In this document: piece after piece, positions 46,496 to 55,485 of the stretch
How the letters are laid out: every line of letters starts with the position of its first letter
Numbering within the stretch: the first letter of the stretch is position 1
From: Alphaproteobacteria bacterium
GTDB lineage: Bacteria; Pseudomonadota; Alphaproteobacteria; M2410
NCBI GenBank assembly: GCA_965248915.1
Contig: OZ252216.1
Span: forward strand, 1,297,288-1,361,287
Direction of reading: 5' to 3'
Length of the DNA: 64,000 nt
Made by a program: the position numbers and the translations under genes
Notes under the pieces: model-generated
The model's input: only the letters and a program-made list of their open reading frames with translations
What the model was told of the DNA's origin: nothing
The model's database searches: none

Positions 46496-46843
46496 CTAGG
46501 AGGCCGCTCTGTTCGCACACCCGATACAAGTCGCAATCGACAAGTCGAGTTCCAATCTCTCAGACTGAATTTCATCCCCACACGTCACGCAGTACCCATA
46601 TTCATTTTCATCAATGCGTTTCAGTGCACCGCGGATCCGAGCCGTCTCTTGGGCTCGTCGCCGGTCAACAGCTTGTGCCATTGCCTGTCTCTGCATTGCA
46701 TCCATTCGCGACAAGCGACCGACCTTCGTTTGGTCCAATTCTACCGCGTCGCGAGATGAACTCGCTTGTTGGGACTCAACCTCCAACGCTGCTAACCGTT
46801 GGACGAGCCTCTCTTTTGTCGCTATGAGGTCTATATCAGCCAT
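46496..46843 (-). CDS. TraR/DksA C4 zinc-finger protein
   Basis: VELDQTKVGRLSRMDAMQ and YGYCVTCG...CIGC. Confidence 0.93.
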   Translation of the reverse strand: MADIDLIATKERLVQRLAALEVESQQASSSRDAVELDQTKVGRLSRMDAMQRQAMAQAVDRRRAQETARIRGALKRIDENEYGYCVTCGDEIQSERLELDLSIATCIGCANRAAS

Positions 46844-46871
46844 AATCAAAACAATAACAAATGAGGCGGAG

Positions 46872-48065
46872 ATGCTGGAAGGAATAAAAGTCGTTGAATT
46901 TGCGACCTATATCGCTGGGCCCGGGGCCGGTGGACTCATGGCCGACTGGGGCGCCGACGTCGTCAAAATCGAGGCACTTAAAGGCGATCCGATCCGAAAC
47001 TTCTTTGGCAACATTGGCGTTGAACGTAGTGACAACCCCGTCTTCGATCTCGACAATCGCGGAAAACGCAGTATCGCCCTCGACACCAGCCGTCCGGAAG
47101 GCGCTGACGCCCTCAAGAAACTGATCGAGACAGCCGACGTTTTTTTGACCAATCTCCGACCAGGAAGCCTCGAGCGTGCAGGCCTCGACTGGGGCATTCT
47201 GCAAGCTGTAAATCCTAAACTTGTTTTCGCAAGTATCACCGGATATGGCCTGAAAGGCGAAGAGCGTGACAGACCAGGTTTTGATTTGGCAGCGTTTTGG
47301 GCCAGGTCAGGCGTTGGCAGTCTCACCACACCCAAGGGTTCCGACCCCTTTCCATTGAGAACGGCCTTTGGTGATCACGTAACATCCATGGCAACCGTCA
47401 ACGGGATCCTCGCCGCACTAATAGAACGTGGACGAACCGGGAAAGGACGTCTTGTTGAAACCTCACTCCTACGAACCGGCATCTACGCCATGGGAAGTGA
47501 CTTCGCAATCCAGCTGAAACTGGGTCGCATTGCATCGACAAGACCACGACATCAGGCCGTTCAGCCTCTCAACAATTTTTTCCAAACCAAAGACGACAAC
47601 TGGTTATGCCTCGTACTACGACAATCCGAAGAAGATTGGGTGCGCGTTTCAACAGCACTTGACCGTCCTGATCTAGCCACCGACGACCGGTTCAATTCTG
47701 CAAAAATGAGAAAGGAAAACACAGCCGAACTGGTCACGGAACTCGATCAGATCTTTGCGACAAGGACTTTGTCGGAATGGGCCGAAAGTCTCGATGATCA
47801 CGGACTTGTTTGGGCACCCTTTCAAACCGCCGCCCAAGTGGTTGAGGATCCACAGGCCATTGCCGCTGGCGCCTTCGTGGATATGCCGGATCATACCGGC
47901 GGCACTTATCGCTCTCCTGCAGGCCCCGTTCGCTTCCACGGCAAGGATAACGGCCCGCAAGGGCCGTCTCCGACCATCGGACAGCATACCGATGAAGTCT
48001 TAGCCGAGTGCGGTCTAACAGGTGAAGAGATTGCAATTCTAAGAGAAAACGAAGTTATCAAATAG
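46872..48065 (+). CDS. CaiB/BaiF (family III) CoA-transferase
   Basis: MLEGIKVVEF, GADVVKIE, NRGKRS and GQHTDEVL. Confidence 0.93.
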   Translation: MLEGIKVVEFATYIAGPGAGGLMADWGADVVKIEALKGDPIRNFFGNIGVERSDNPVFDLDNRGKRSIALDTSRPEGADALKKLIETADVFLTNLRPGSLERAGLDWGILQAVNPKLVFASITGYGLKGEERDRPGFDLAAFWARSGVGSLTTPKGSDPFPLRTAFGDHVTSMATVNGILAALIERGRTGKGRLVETSLLRTGIYAMGSDFAIQLKLGRIASTRPRHQAVQPLNNFFQTKDDNWLCLVLRQSEEDWVRVSTALDRPDLATDDRFNSAKMRKENTAELVTELDQIFATRTLSEWAESLDDHGLVWAPFQTAAQVVEDPQAIAAGAFVDMPDHTGGTYRSPAGPVRFHGKDNGPQGPSPTIGQHTDEVLAECGLTGEEIAILRENEVIK

Positions 48066-48082
48066 CGTATTGGTAACGACGC

Positions 48083-49048
48083 TTAAAGCAGCGCACCATT
48101 GTGTTGGAAAAAGAGCAGCCATAAATAGACGCCGTAACCTACGACCAGCAAGAGCCCTTCCGTTCGGCTTAGCCGCCAATTTGTGAGGAGGAACGGCACA
48201 AGGATCAGAGTTGCCACCAACATCACACGCAGGTCAAACACGAGGCTTGGGTTGATCTCGATTTTGGTCAACGTTGCAGTCGTACCAAGCACCGCAAAGA
48301 TATTGAATATATTGGACCCAATAATATTACCGACGGCGAGTTCAGGATGACGTCTGAGTGCGGCAATAACGACTGTCGCAAGTTCCGGCAATGACGTCCC
48401 AATCGCCACCAAGCTCAGGCCAATGACGGCCTCGGAAACACCAAGTTCTCGGGCAACAGATACCGAACCAGTGATCAACATTTGAGCACCAAAGGTCACG
48501 CCCAAAATTCCAACCGCCAAGATCAAAAGATCGACCAACATAGAGGGGATGTGCAATCGGTGATGATCTGCCGCGTCGAGAGCCCGCTCACCAGCCGGGC
48601 TCGTACGTATACGTTCGGACATGTAGGAAAAGGCAAGATAGACCAAGAGCAATGCCAACATGCAAATACCCATGGAGCGGTCAATTACGCCCATTTGGCC
48701 AAGCCATACCAACATTGAGGTGGCCAACAAGACGGCAACTGAATCCCTAAAGACGACAAATCGACTGGCCGGGATTGGGCAAATCAGAGCGCCGAGACCC
48801 AAGATCAGGAGAATGTTGGCAATATTGCTGCCGATCACATTACCGACGGCAATGTCGGTTTCGCCGCTAAAGACAGCACCGATGGAAACGGCCAGTTCTG
48901 GCGCAGAGGTACCAAACGCCACCACGACCAGTCCTACAAAGAGCGGAGACAAAGACAACCGTTCCGAGAGAGTGACAGCTCCTCGCACAATTGCCTCACC
49001 ACCAAACAGCAGTAGTGCCAGACCTCCAGCTACAAAGGCGAGATCCAC
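48083..49048 (-). CDS. Calcium/sodium antiporter (YrbG family)
   Basis: Two alpha-repeats: GTSAPE...GNVIGSNIAN and GTSLPE...GNIIGSNIFN. Confidence 0.95.
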   Translation of the reverse strand: MDLAFVAGGLALLLFGGEAIVRGAVTLSERLSLSPLFVGLVVVAFGTSAPELAVSIGAVFSGETDIAVGNVIGSNIANILLILGLGALICPIPASRFVVFRDSVAVLLATSMLVWLGQMGVIDRSMGICMLALLLVYLAFSYMSERIRTSPAGERALDAADHHRLHIPSMLVDLLILAVGILGVTFGAQMLITGSVSVARELGVSEAVIGLSLVAIGTSLPELATVVIAALRRHPELAVGNIIGSNIFNIFAVLGTTATLTKIEINPSLVFDLRVMLVATLILVPFLLTNWRLSRTEGLLLVVGYGVYLWLLFFQHNGALL

Positions 49049-49373
49049 AAGACCCCCAAACTATTTACCAAAAAATTCGCATTCCCAACTCCGGGCACGA
49101 AATGGACGCCCCAGCCTAGACTTAGCTTACATGCCCCTCGAAGCAATATCGAGAAATTTGATTAATTCAGGGCGCTCTGACCAACCATTGAGATCATTAG
49201 AATTCTCGAACTCCCGTTTTTCAAGAACCCAAATAGTTTTACCTTCAAGAAACGATCTCTGGATTGATGTATCTAACAACATTAAGATGGCTGTTTTCTG
49301 CCACGCCAATAACCAATGCCAAGATGTCGCCGCATTTTGAGACCATCCTGGCATCAATCACGGGAGATCAGCC

Positions 49374-49781
49374 ATGTCAGCCTTCTTTGGAAACTCATTA
49401 CGCCGGATTTTTGCAATGATCATTGTGATCTCAGCCGGAATATCGCTTTCAGTTCCATCTGTGGCAGATGATGAGGAATCATCGAAGAATGATCGCACCT
49501 GTCTCCACGTGAACAGCATCAATGGCTTTAACCCCATCGACAAGAGGCACCTCACCGTCTCCGTGGGTGCCAACAAGGTCTATCTCGTCACATTAAAATC
49601 CAATTGCCGCGACCTGAAATGGAATCAAGCGATTGCAATAAAGGCGACGAGCTCTTGGACTTGTTCCAACAGTCACGACAAGATCTTTGTTGGTGAACAA
49701 CGCTGCTTCATTGCAAATATCGAAAGAGTTGAGAGCCACGCAAAAGCCAAAGCCAGGGTCTTAGGCGAGGATGAGTCCTAG
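49374..49781 (+). CDS. Secreted DUF6491-like protein
   Basis: GGGAG SD, signal peptide and CL...YLVTL..C...C...CFI pattern. Confidence 0.7.
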   Translation: MSAFFGNSLRRIFAMIIVISAGISLSVPSVADDEESSKNDRTCLHVNSINGFNPIDKRHLTVSVGANKVYLVTLKSNCRDLKWNQAIAIKATSSWTCSNSHDKIFVGEQRCFIANIERVESHAKAKARVLGEDES

Positions 49782-49974
49782 CCCCTTCTCACAATGCAAG
49801 TCCAGCCCCCTATTGGTCCGGACATATCGACTGACTTTTCGGTAAGGCTTCAGCCCGACACAAGTTGGCGTCAGCAAACAAAGGATGTACACGGATTGTT
49901 TACGCAAATTGCATGACAACCTGTTGCATTTTTGCCCCGCCGAACATCAAAGCCACAACTTGTACGGAAAATCT

Positions 49975-50003
49975 TTGACCTATTAATCCTCAAGGATTAG
50001 AAA
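49975..50003 (+). promoter_or_regulatory. sigma70-like promoter with a palindrome in the spacer
   Basis: TTGACC-N17-TAGAAA; inverted repeat TAATCC-TCAA-GGATTA at 49984-49999. Confidence 0.5.
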
Positions 50004-50066
50004 CACCTCAATTCACAGGCGACTCCGATTCGATTTCAATGTCGCCACCTAAGAGGAGGATATCCG

Positions 50067-50111
50067 ATGAGACCATTACCCTATCAAAAGATATCCCGAG
50101 GCCACCGTTAA
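50067..50111 (+). CDS. Putative 14-aa leader peptide MRPLPYQKISRGHR
   Basis: Strong AGAGGAGG SD 7 nt before the ATG, in the long leader of the ABC exporter. Confidence 0.55.
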   Translation: MRPLPYQKISRGHR

Positions 50112-50299
50112 CACGACGTTCGCCTGGGATACCGAGCCCGGGCGCAATTGGACCAAGCTGCGGCGAATAACGCTGCACCCTCTGAAAAACAAACCAACTC
50201 TTACTCTAAGAGCGCACGCGGGCCACCGCTACGGATGATTGCGCACTATTGCGCGCGAATAAACATCCATCGTTACACAAGATATATAGGAGTCAGGCG

Positions 50300-52129
50300 G
50301 TGTTGCGCCTGCTTAAGACCATGTCAAATTCACTTTTTTGGAATGCAAATCAATTTGTTTGGGGTTATTGGCGTCGGTTTCCCCGTGTCGTTTCGGCCTT
50401 GCTTGCTGGCAAAGTGCTCAAAGTAACCTGCGATGTCTTTTTACCAGTTCTGGCCGGCATCATGATCGATGCCGTTGCCTTAGACAACGCCCAGCTCGCC
50501 CCGAGTGCAGAGCAGATCAACTATGCCTTCCTGGCATTGATCGGCTTTGTCGGTATTGAGACCTTCTACTTCATAAACTGGTTCTGGGTCGACAAGTGTT
50601 GGATCTGGCTTGCAAGCGAAGTTATGACCAAAATGGTCAATGACACTTTCTACCGTGTCCAGCGCTTTAGTACCGATTGGCATGCCAACAGTTTCGCAGG
50701 CGCAACCGTTCGGAAGATCACGCGAGGCAAGTGGGCGTACGATACTTACGCTGACAGTTTCTTCTTCGGTATCCTGCCGACGACACTCATCATCTTCGGG
50801 ATGACGATTATGTTTTGGGTTCAGTGGGCTCTCATGGGTCTCTTGCTCCTGACAGGCATTGTCTTACTGATCGGTATGAACGCGGTTCTGGTCACCAAGT
50901 ACATTGCTCCAGCAAACAAGGCCTTCAACAAGAAGGACACCCAGTTAGGTGCTGTGTTAGCCGACTCGATTACGTGTAACTCCGTCATCAAGTCTTTCGG
51001 TGCGGAGACCCGTGAAGACGAGCGATTGCATGACGCATCCAATGAATGGCGTATGGGAGCCCGTGGGTCCTGGAACCGCGAGGTCAACACTCACGGCCTT
51101 CAGATCACCTTGATGCTCATGATGCTGACCGGCATGCTGGGTTTAGGGATTTGGTTCTGGTCTCGTGGAATGGCAACACCTGGACAGGTCGCCCAAGTAA
51201 TGACGAGTTATTTCGTCATCAACGGTTACCTGCGTCACATCGGTATGCACATGCGCGATATGCAAAAGGCCATCAACGAGATGGAAGACATCATCGAGTT
51301 TATGCATTTGCCCCTCGATATAGAGGATCGCGACCATGCGACGTCGTTTGTACCTGGACCGGGTGATCTCTGTTTGGAAAACGTCACTTTCCAATATGAG
51401 AACCAACCGACCGCCCTCTATGATAACTTCTCACTCAACATCAAACCGGGTGAGAAAGTGGCCCTTGTTGGCAAATCTGGCAGTGGCAAGAGTACTTTTG
51501 TGAAACTCGTTCAGCGTCTCTATGACTTAAGCGCCGGTCGTATCACGATCGATGGTCAAGACATTGCCGAAGTCACTCAATCGAGCCTACGTGAGGCCAT
51601 TGCGCTCGTGCCGCAGGAACCAATCTTGTTCCACCGATCGCTGCAAGAGAACATTGCCTATGGTCGTCCAGGCGCTAAGTTGGATCAGATTATTGATGCG
51701 TCTAAACGGGCCCATGCTCATGAGTTCATTGAGCAACTTAAGGAGGGTTACGACACCCTGGTCGGTGAACGCGGTATCAAACTGTCAGGGGGTGAACGGC
51801 AACGGGTCGCCCTTGCCCGCGCCTTCCTGGCCGATTGTCCGGTGCTGATCTTGGATGAGGCCACGTCGAGTTTGGACTCACATACAGAGGCTTACATCCA
51901 AGAGTCCATGGCGGATCTCATGGAAGGGCGCACAACGATTGTGATCGCCCACAGATTGTCGACCATAAGATCGGTCGATAGGATACTGGTGTTCGATGGC
52001 GGTCGCATCCTAGAGCAAGGCAGTCATGAAGAACTCATGGCGCAACAAGACAGCCACTATCGCAGCCTTGTGGCGGTTCAAATGCTCGAAGAAACCGCCA
52101 AGCCGAAACTAGCCGATTTGGCTAGCTAG
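50300..52129 (+). CDS. Type IV ABC exporter (fused TMD and NBD, MsbA/Atm1-like)
   Basis: About 6 TM helices, GKSGSGKST, LSGGERQR, ILDEATSSLD and IAHRLST; GTG start after AGGAG (or ATG at 50321). Confidence 0.94.
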   Translation: MLRLLKTMSNSLFWNANQFVWGYWRRFPRVVSALLAGKVLKVTCDVFLPVLAGIMIDAVALDNAQLAPSAEQINYAFLALIGFVGIETFYFINWFWVDKCWIWLASEVMTKMVNDTFYRVQRFSTDWHANSFAGATVRKITRGKWAYDTYADSFFFGILPTTLIIFGMTIMFWVQWALMGLLLLTGIVLLIGMNAVLVTKYIAPANKAFNKKDTQLGAVLADSITCNSVIKSFGAETREDERLHDASNEWRMGARGSWNREVNTHGLQITLMLMMLTGMLGLGIWFWSRGMATPGQVAQVMTSYFVINGYLRHIGMHMRDMQKAINEMEDIIEFMHLPLDIEDRDHATSFVPGPGDLCLENVTFQYENQPTALYDNFSLNIKPGEKVALVGKSGSGKSTFVKLVQRLYDLSAGRITIDGQDIAEVTQSSLREAIALVPQEPILFHRSLQENIAYGRPGAKLDQIIDASKRAHAHEFIEQLKEGYDTLVGERGIKLSGGERQRVALARAFLADCPVLILDEATSSLDSHTEAYIQESMADLMEGRTTIVIAHRLSTIRSVDRILVFDGGRILEQGSHEELMAQQDSHYRSLVAVQMLEETAKPKLADLAS

Positions 52130-52140
52130 GCTCCACAAAA

Positions 52141-52175
52141 GACAAAGCCCTTCAGACACTCTGGTGGGCTTTGTC
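52141..52175. terminator. Hairpin after the ABC exporter
   Basis: GACAAAGCCC...GGGCTTTGTC. Confidence 0.6.
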
Positions 52176-52231
52176 ATATGCGGTGAAGTCATCGTCAAAC
52201 CATCTGTCACGATTTACGGTATGCTCTCACC

Positions 52232-52768
52232 ATGAGCCAGGTTGAATCAGACAAATCAAAAGGACCGCCAGGTGCCCCCTCCCCCTGGGTGGTGCGGTTT
52301 GCGCCTTTGGTTCCGCGAGGCTCCATCCTCGATGTCGCCTGTGGCTCAGGGCGGCACGTGCGACACTTCCTATCGCAAGGTTTTGACGTCACAGCCGTCG
52401 ATATCGACACGTCGGCAATCGAAGATCTGCGCTTAGAACCAAATCTGATAATTGTCGAAAGCGATCTCGACAACGCACCCTGGCCCTTCGAAGGTCAGAC
52501 CTTTAGTGCGGTTGTCGTCACCAACTATCTTCATCGCCCCCTGCTCCCTGCCCTGATCAAATCCGTCGCGCCGGGTGGGTTACTGATCTATGAGACATTC
52601 GCACAAGGCAATGAACGGTTTGGAAAACCGAAGTCACCAGAGTTTCTCCTAAAATCGGGAGAGCTTCTTGAGGCTGTGCGTGGAAAACTCAACGTCATCG
52701 CCTATGAAAACATCGAGGAACAACACCCCCGCCCCGCCATGCGCCAGCGCATTTGCGCGCGCCGTTAA
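52232..52768 (+). CDS. Class I SAM-dependent methyltransferase (TehB-like)
   Basis: ILDVACGSGRH, VVVTNYLHRP and GGLLIYETF. Confidence 0.9.
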   Translation: MSQVESDKSKGPPGAPSPWVVRFAPLVPRGSILDVACGSGRHVRHFLSQGFDVTAVDIDTSAIEDLRLEPNLIIVESDLDNAPWPFEGQTFSAVVVTNYLHRPLLPALIKSVAPGGLLIYETFAQGNERFGKPKSPEFLLKSGELLEAVRGKLNVIAYENIEEQHPRPAMRQRICARR

Positions 52769-52861
52769 CACAGAATCCACCCGCGGGGAGAAAATTATTG
52801 GCTTATCCCCACCGACACATTTCGGCCGATCATGTTGCTCACGCAACAGAAAGAAGCTGTT

Positions 52862-53618
52862 ATGACAAATTCCAAAAATCAAAACTTAAGAACTCTCGTC
52901 AATCGCATCAATGCCTATGTGGCAACGCTGACACCACAACAGAAGTATGATCAATTCGGCGATGTCCACACGGACCTCATAGCCGCAACCGAGATCATGT
53001 CGGCAAAGAAAATGGGTACCCCTACCCGTCCTACGGCAGATTATGGCACTGGCGTCCAGCGGCACCGCCTCTACAAACATGGAAGTCGAGAATTCAGTTT
53101 CAGACAGGAGTAAACAGCCGGCAAGAAGCATCGGCTACACTCCTCCCAATACAGTTACCGACAATCCCTTTCGCCACATTCCCGCCTATGTCATGCCGTC
53201 AGCTAGGTTTGTAAAGCACTACTACACTGGAAAAGGCCGACCCATCACACTGACTCAAATGGGCATCGCCAGCCAATTTGAGCGAGCCCCTTCGGTAAGA
53301 AAGGCGATCAACACCTTCCTTGTGGATGTCCGAACCGAAGCCAATCGTCGAGGCGGCAAAGGGGCACAATTCAGTCTTTCAGCAAAAGAGCCCATAAATG
53401 TCACTTGGTCCCCCGGACAATTTGCATTAGGGAATGGTTTTCTAGTATTTTATGCCATATGCAACTATAATGGGTGCCACTTGAGAATCAAATATCAGGA
53501 CTCCTTTAGGGACCCCCTGGATCTAGACGGGGTCTCAATTGCACCACAATGGCTGCGCGAACCAGGAGGAACACCCTATGAGATTTCCCATCGGTGGATC
53601 GAGCAATTCAATGTGTGA
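52862..53618 (+). pseudogene. Putative colicin-M-like toxin, apparently frameshifted near 53009-53012
   Basis: Two overlapping ORFs. The C-terminal one has HYYTGKG..ITLTQMGI, ALGN, QDSFRD and GTPYEI in the order of the ColM catalytic-domain motifs. Confidence 0.5.
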
Positions 53619-53985
53619 GATAAAAACCAATCCAAAGAGAAGCAGATTGCCTTTCTCGCTGTTCTTAGCTGCGGCTTGTATCTCTGGCCTCTCGGGCTGT
53701 GGTCGCGAGGATCTAGGAGACGGCTACCAACTCGTTGAAGAGTACTCAGAAGCAGTTTTTCTTGCACGGGAAGGTCCAGGCACCGGAGTTCCCGTCTGCT
53801 CGCACATTCCGAGGGCAGCATTCAATAAGCAATTTATTGTCGGATACCATCAGAAACCGGAACCGGTCGGAGCTAAACCATTGCACAAATGTGATTGGGA
53901 GGACTTGGGTTACTTCATCGTGACCAAAGAGACCGCCGAGCTCGAACTAGAGCTGACAGAAGACGAATTCCTCAATCGTTGTTAG
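53611..53985 (+). CDS. DUF3997-like lipoprotein, putative immunity protein
   Basis: Start overlaps the upstream stop (ATGTGTGA); LSG-C lipobox; DLGDGY...FNKQFIV...YFIVTK...LTEDEF. Confidence 0.65.
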   Translation: MCEIKTNPKRSRLPFSLFLAAACISGLSGCGREDLGDGYQLVEEYSEAVFLAREGPGTGVPVCSHIPRAAFNKQFIVGYHQKPEPVGAKPLHKCDWEDLGYFIVTKETAELELELTEDEFLNRC

Positions 53986-54025
53986 GAGTTGGGTCTGAAA
54001 ATCTGCGAAAAGATCGTTGAATGAA

Positions 54026-54057
54026 AGAGGGCCGAACCGAGTACACGGTTCGACCTA
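54026..54057 (-). terminator. Terminator after the thiolase gene
   Basis: GGTCGAACCG-TGTACT-CGGTTCGGCC followed by CTCTTTC. Confidence 0.6.
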
Positions 54058-54083
54058 ATTTCCAGATAACTCTGAAAGCAGAT

Positions 54084-55267
54084 TTAAGCCACCTCAAACA
54101 ATCCTGCCGCGCCCATGCCGCCGCCAACACACATTGCAACAACCACGTACTTGGCACCGCGACGCTTACCTTCGATCAACGCATGACCCGTCATCCGGTT
54201 ACCCGACATGCCAAACGAATGGCCGATGGAAATCGAACCACCATTGACGTTGAGCTTCTCGTCAGGAATGCCGAGCTTGTCGCGGCTGTATATCACCTGA
54301 ACAGCAAACGCCTCATTGAGCTCCCACAAGTCGATGTCATCCATCTTCAGGCCATTGCGTTCGAGCAATTTCGGCACCGCATAAACAGGACCGATCCCCA
54401 TTTCATCCGGCTCAAGGCCAGCAACTGCCATGCCGCGATAATAACCGAGGGGATTTAGGCCACGTTTCTCAGCGGTCTTAGCCTCCATCAAGACGCATGC
54501 GCTCGCCCCATCTGAAAGCTGCGAAGCATTGCCTGCCGTAATGCACCCACCTTCGCCGATCACCGGCTTAAGTCCTGCCAGGCCTTCAAGGGTCGTGCCC
54601 GGACGATTGCATTCGTCTTTCGTGACAGTCACTTCATGCATGGACTGCTCACCGGTCTCTTTGTTGTACATCACCATTTCACAAGTGACGGGAACGATTT
54701 CATCATTAAACTTGCCGGCTTCCTGTGCGGCAGCGGTGCGCTCTTGACTTTGCAGCGCATACGCATCTTGCGCTTCCCGGCCAATGCCATATCGCTTCGC
54801 CACTACCTCCGCCGTGCCAATCATCGGCATGTGGATGTCTTTGTGCAGGGCAATGAGGTTTGGATCCGGCACACGGTGCAGATTGAAATGCTCGTTTTGG
54901 ATCAAGGAAATCGAGTCGACGCCGCCAGCGACGCCAATATCCATGCCATCACATATGATTTGCTTGGCAACCGTGGAAATCGACATCAGACCGGATGAAC
55001 ATTGTCGATCGAGGCTCATGCCCGACACTTCCACTGGCAGTCCGCCGGCCAATGCAGCCAAACGTCCAATGTTCATACCCTGAGTGCCTTGCTGCATCGC
55101 TGCACCAACAACGCAGTCATCAACCTCACCACCTTCCAGGCCAGCCCGCTCAACCGCGGCGCGGATTGGGTGACCTAACATCGTGGGCGATTCAAGATTG
55201 TTGAAAGATCCACCCATGGCCTTCGTCAGGCCAGTCCGGCAGTTGAAACGATGACGGCTTCTCTCAT
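54084..55267 (-). CDS. Acetyl-CoA C-acyltransferase (thiolase) with a 1-bp frameshift near codon 10
   Basis: RQCSSG, NEAF, GH and CVGGGMG motifs. The true N-terminus [10 protein letters not shown] (GGAG SD) is out of frame; one extra C restores ARTGLTKA. Confidence 0.9.
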
Positions 55268-55485
55268 TGGAGTGCTCCCTCTAGCATTCTTGTTGTTTTC
55301 TGGCTCGCACCCTAGCGGCATGTTGCACTGCGGAAAAGCGTTTTCTGTGGCCCTAGGGGAACACTGAATACGCGAAGCCAGTTTGCTTTTACCCGCCATT
55401 CTTGACACACGCACACCCCCATTCGATACTCGCATATCGGGCACCGAAACGGCTTCTCACCAGGTGTCAATGTTGGGGATGGGAA

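Noticed and set aside
46614-46871. 86-aa N-terminal extension of the CoA-transferase
   Set aside because: Overlaps the antisense DksA-like gene; the SD and the family N-terminus support ATG 46872
49127-49357. 76-aa minus-strand ORF between the antiporter and the DUF6491-like gene
   Set aside because: No clear SD or recognisable motif, and it occupies a divergent promoter region. A gene remnant cannot be excluded.
53983-53985. Pyrrolysine or programmed amber read-through
   Set aside because: No pyl genes or other supporting signal in the window; a nonsense mutation is the simpler explanation
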